A DNA stretch of 24,000 nucleotides from an uncultured Actinomycetes bacterium (GTDB lineage Bacteria > Actinomycetota > UBA4738 > HRBIN12), in the NCBI GenBank assembly GCA_963825685.1, contig CAWGUD010000027.1:130538-154537 (forward strand). Direction: 5' to 3'. Positions 23,030 to 24,000 of the stretch are shown here, piece after piece; position 1 is the stretch's first letter; each line of letters begins with the position of its first letter. The position numbers and the translations under genes were made by a program. The notes beneath the pieces were generated by a model. That model saw only the letters and a program-made list of their open reading frames with translations. It did no database searches and was not told the origin of the DNA.

Positions 23030-24000
23030 TCAGGCGCTCACGGCGGCCTTGTCGGCGAACTCGGCGTCGGCGTCGAGCTCGGACTTGCGGGCCTTCGAGA
23101 CGTAGATCGAGGCGCCGAGGATCACGGCCGCCACCAGGCCGATCGCGATGCGCGCCGCCGTCTCGTCGGCGAACTCGACGACGAGCGGTGCGATCAGCAG
23201 CGCGACGAGGTTCATCACCTTGATCAGCGGATTGAGCGCCGGTCCGGCGGTGTCCTTGAACGGGTCACCGACCGTGTCGCCGATCACCGCCGCCTTGTGA
23301 GCGTCGGAGCCCTTGCCGCCGAAGTGGCCTTCCTCGATGTACTTCTTCGCGTTGTCCCACGCGCCGCCGGAGTTCGACAGCATCACCGCCATCAGTTGCC
23401 CCGTGACGATCGCGCCGGCGAGGAAGCCGCCGAGCGCCTCTTCCTTCAGCAGGAAGCCGGCGATCACCGGTGAGAGCACCGCCAACAGGCCCGGTGTGAG
23501 GAGCTCCCGCAGCGAGGTCTTCGTGCAGATGTCGACGACCCGCGCGTAGTCGGGCTTGACCGAGTAGTCCATGATGCCCGGGTTCTCGCGGAACTGCTTG
23601 CGCACCTCGACCACCACCTGCGCCGCGGCACGGCCGACCGCACGGATCGCGAGCGAGCTGAACAGGAACGCGATCGTGCCGCCCGCCAGGAGCCCGACGA
23701 GGACGTCGGGCTGATCGATGCGGATGCCCTCGAAGGCGAAGCCTGCCTCCTTGAGCGCTTCCTCGAACGAGCCGAACAGCGACGTGGCCGCGATCACCGC
23801 CGTCGCGATCGCGAGACCCTTCGTGATCGCCTTCGTCGAGTTGCCGACGGCGTCCAGGCCGCCGAGGATCTCGGCGGGCCGGCCCTCGAACTCGCCCGAC
23901 ATCTCCGCGATGCCCTGCGCGTTGTCGCTGATCGGGCCGTAGGTGTCCATCGAGACGACGACGCCCGACGGTCGTGAGCATGCCCATGCCCGACAAGGCG
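23030..24000 (-). pseudogene. hppA: Membrane H+-translocating pyrophosphatase, C-terminal part (5' end beyond the right edge), with a single-base frameshift near 23963-23966
   Basis: The downstream frame reads VVVSMDTYGPISDNAQGIAEMS...DAVGNSTKAITKGLAI...SNSGGAWDNAKKYIE...IGDTVGDPFKDTAGPALNPLIKVMN. The upstream frame (ORF 23265..23996) reads SGMGMLTTVG. Together they rejoin as GMLTTVG|VVVSMDTYGP if one base is removed. Confidence 0.88.

Noticed and set aside
1-24000. Search for CRISPR arrays, tRNA/rRNA genes, IS elements, integrases, toxin-antitoxin or defence-system genes
   Set aside because: I saw no repeat-spacer periodicity, no cloverleaf-capable intergenic segment (all intergenic gaps are under 320 bp and are accounted for), and no transposase, integrase or nuclease signatures in any frame.

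Overview
High-GC (about 70%) actinobacterial chromosomal window, apparently Micrococcales- or Mycobacterium-like in gene content. I found no tRNA or rRNA genes, CRISPR arrays or mobile elements. The flanks carry housekeeping genes: topA (5' part, runs off the left edge, minus strand), a DedA-family membrane protein, a signal-peptide repeat protein and a GNAT acetyltransferase on the left, and an OB-fold protein plus a membrane H+-pyrophosphatase (partial) on the right. The central 18 kb (about 4.1-22.5 kb) is a dense potassium-homeostasis cluster. (i) A minus-strand operon encodes an N-terminally truncated KdpD-like kinase, a KdpE-like regulator and two tandem about 790-aa APC-superfamily permeases. 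I read these as KimA-type K+/H+ symporters, each with a duplicated C-terminal cytoplasmic domain. (ii) A Crp/Fnr-family cNMP regulator lies about 540 bp from a perfect TGTGA-N6-TCACA box in the divergent promoter region. (iii) A TrkA (CeoB/CeoC-like) gene pair has no TrkH/KtrB partner in the window. (iv) A tightly coupled operon runs micropeptide-kdpF-kdpA-kdpB-kdpC-kdpD-kdpE and ends with an extra kinase-less KdpD sensor-core gene (DUF4118+GAF). Both two-component operons are preceded by pho-box-like arrays of 7-bp direct repeats at 11-bp phasing. The two arrays differ at one core position (CGTGAAG versus CGTCAAG). Four conserved genes or gene segments (trkA2, kdpA twice, hppA) each carry a single extra base that breaks the frame. 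These are either assembly indels or very recent pseudogenisation, and the sequence alone cannot tell which. Many long ORFs in the supplied track are antisense or off-frame GC-rich artefacts and were rejected. All family assignments come from reading motifs by eye and need HMM/BLAST confirmation.
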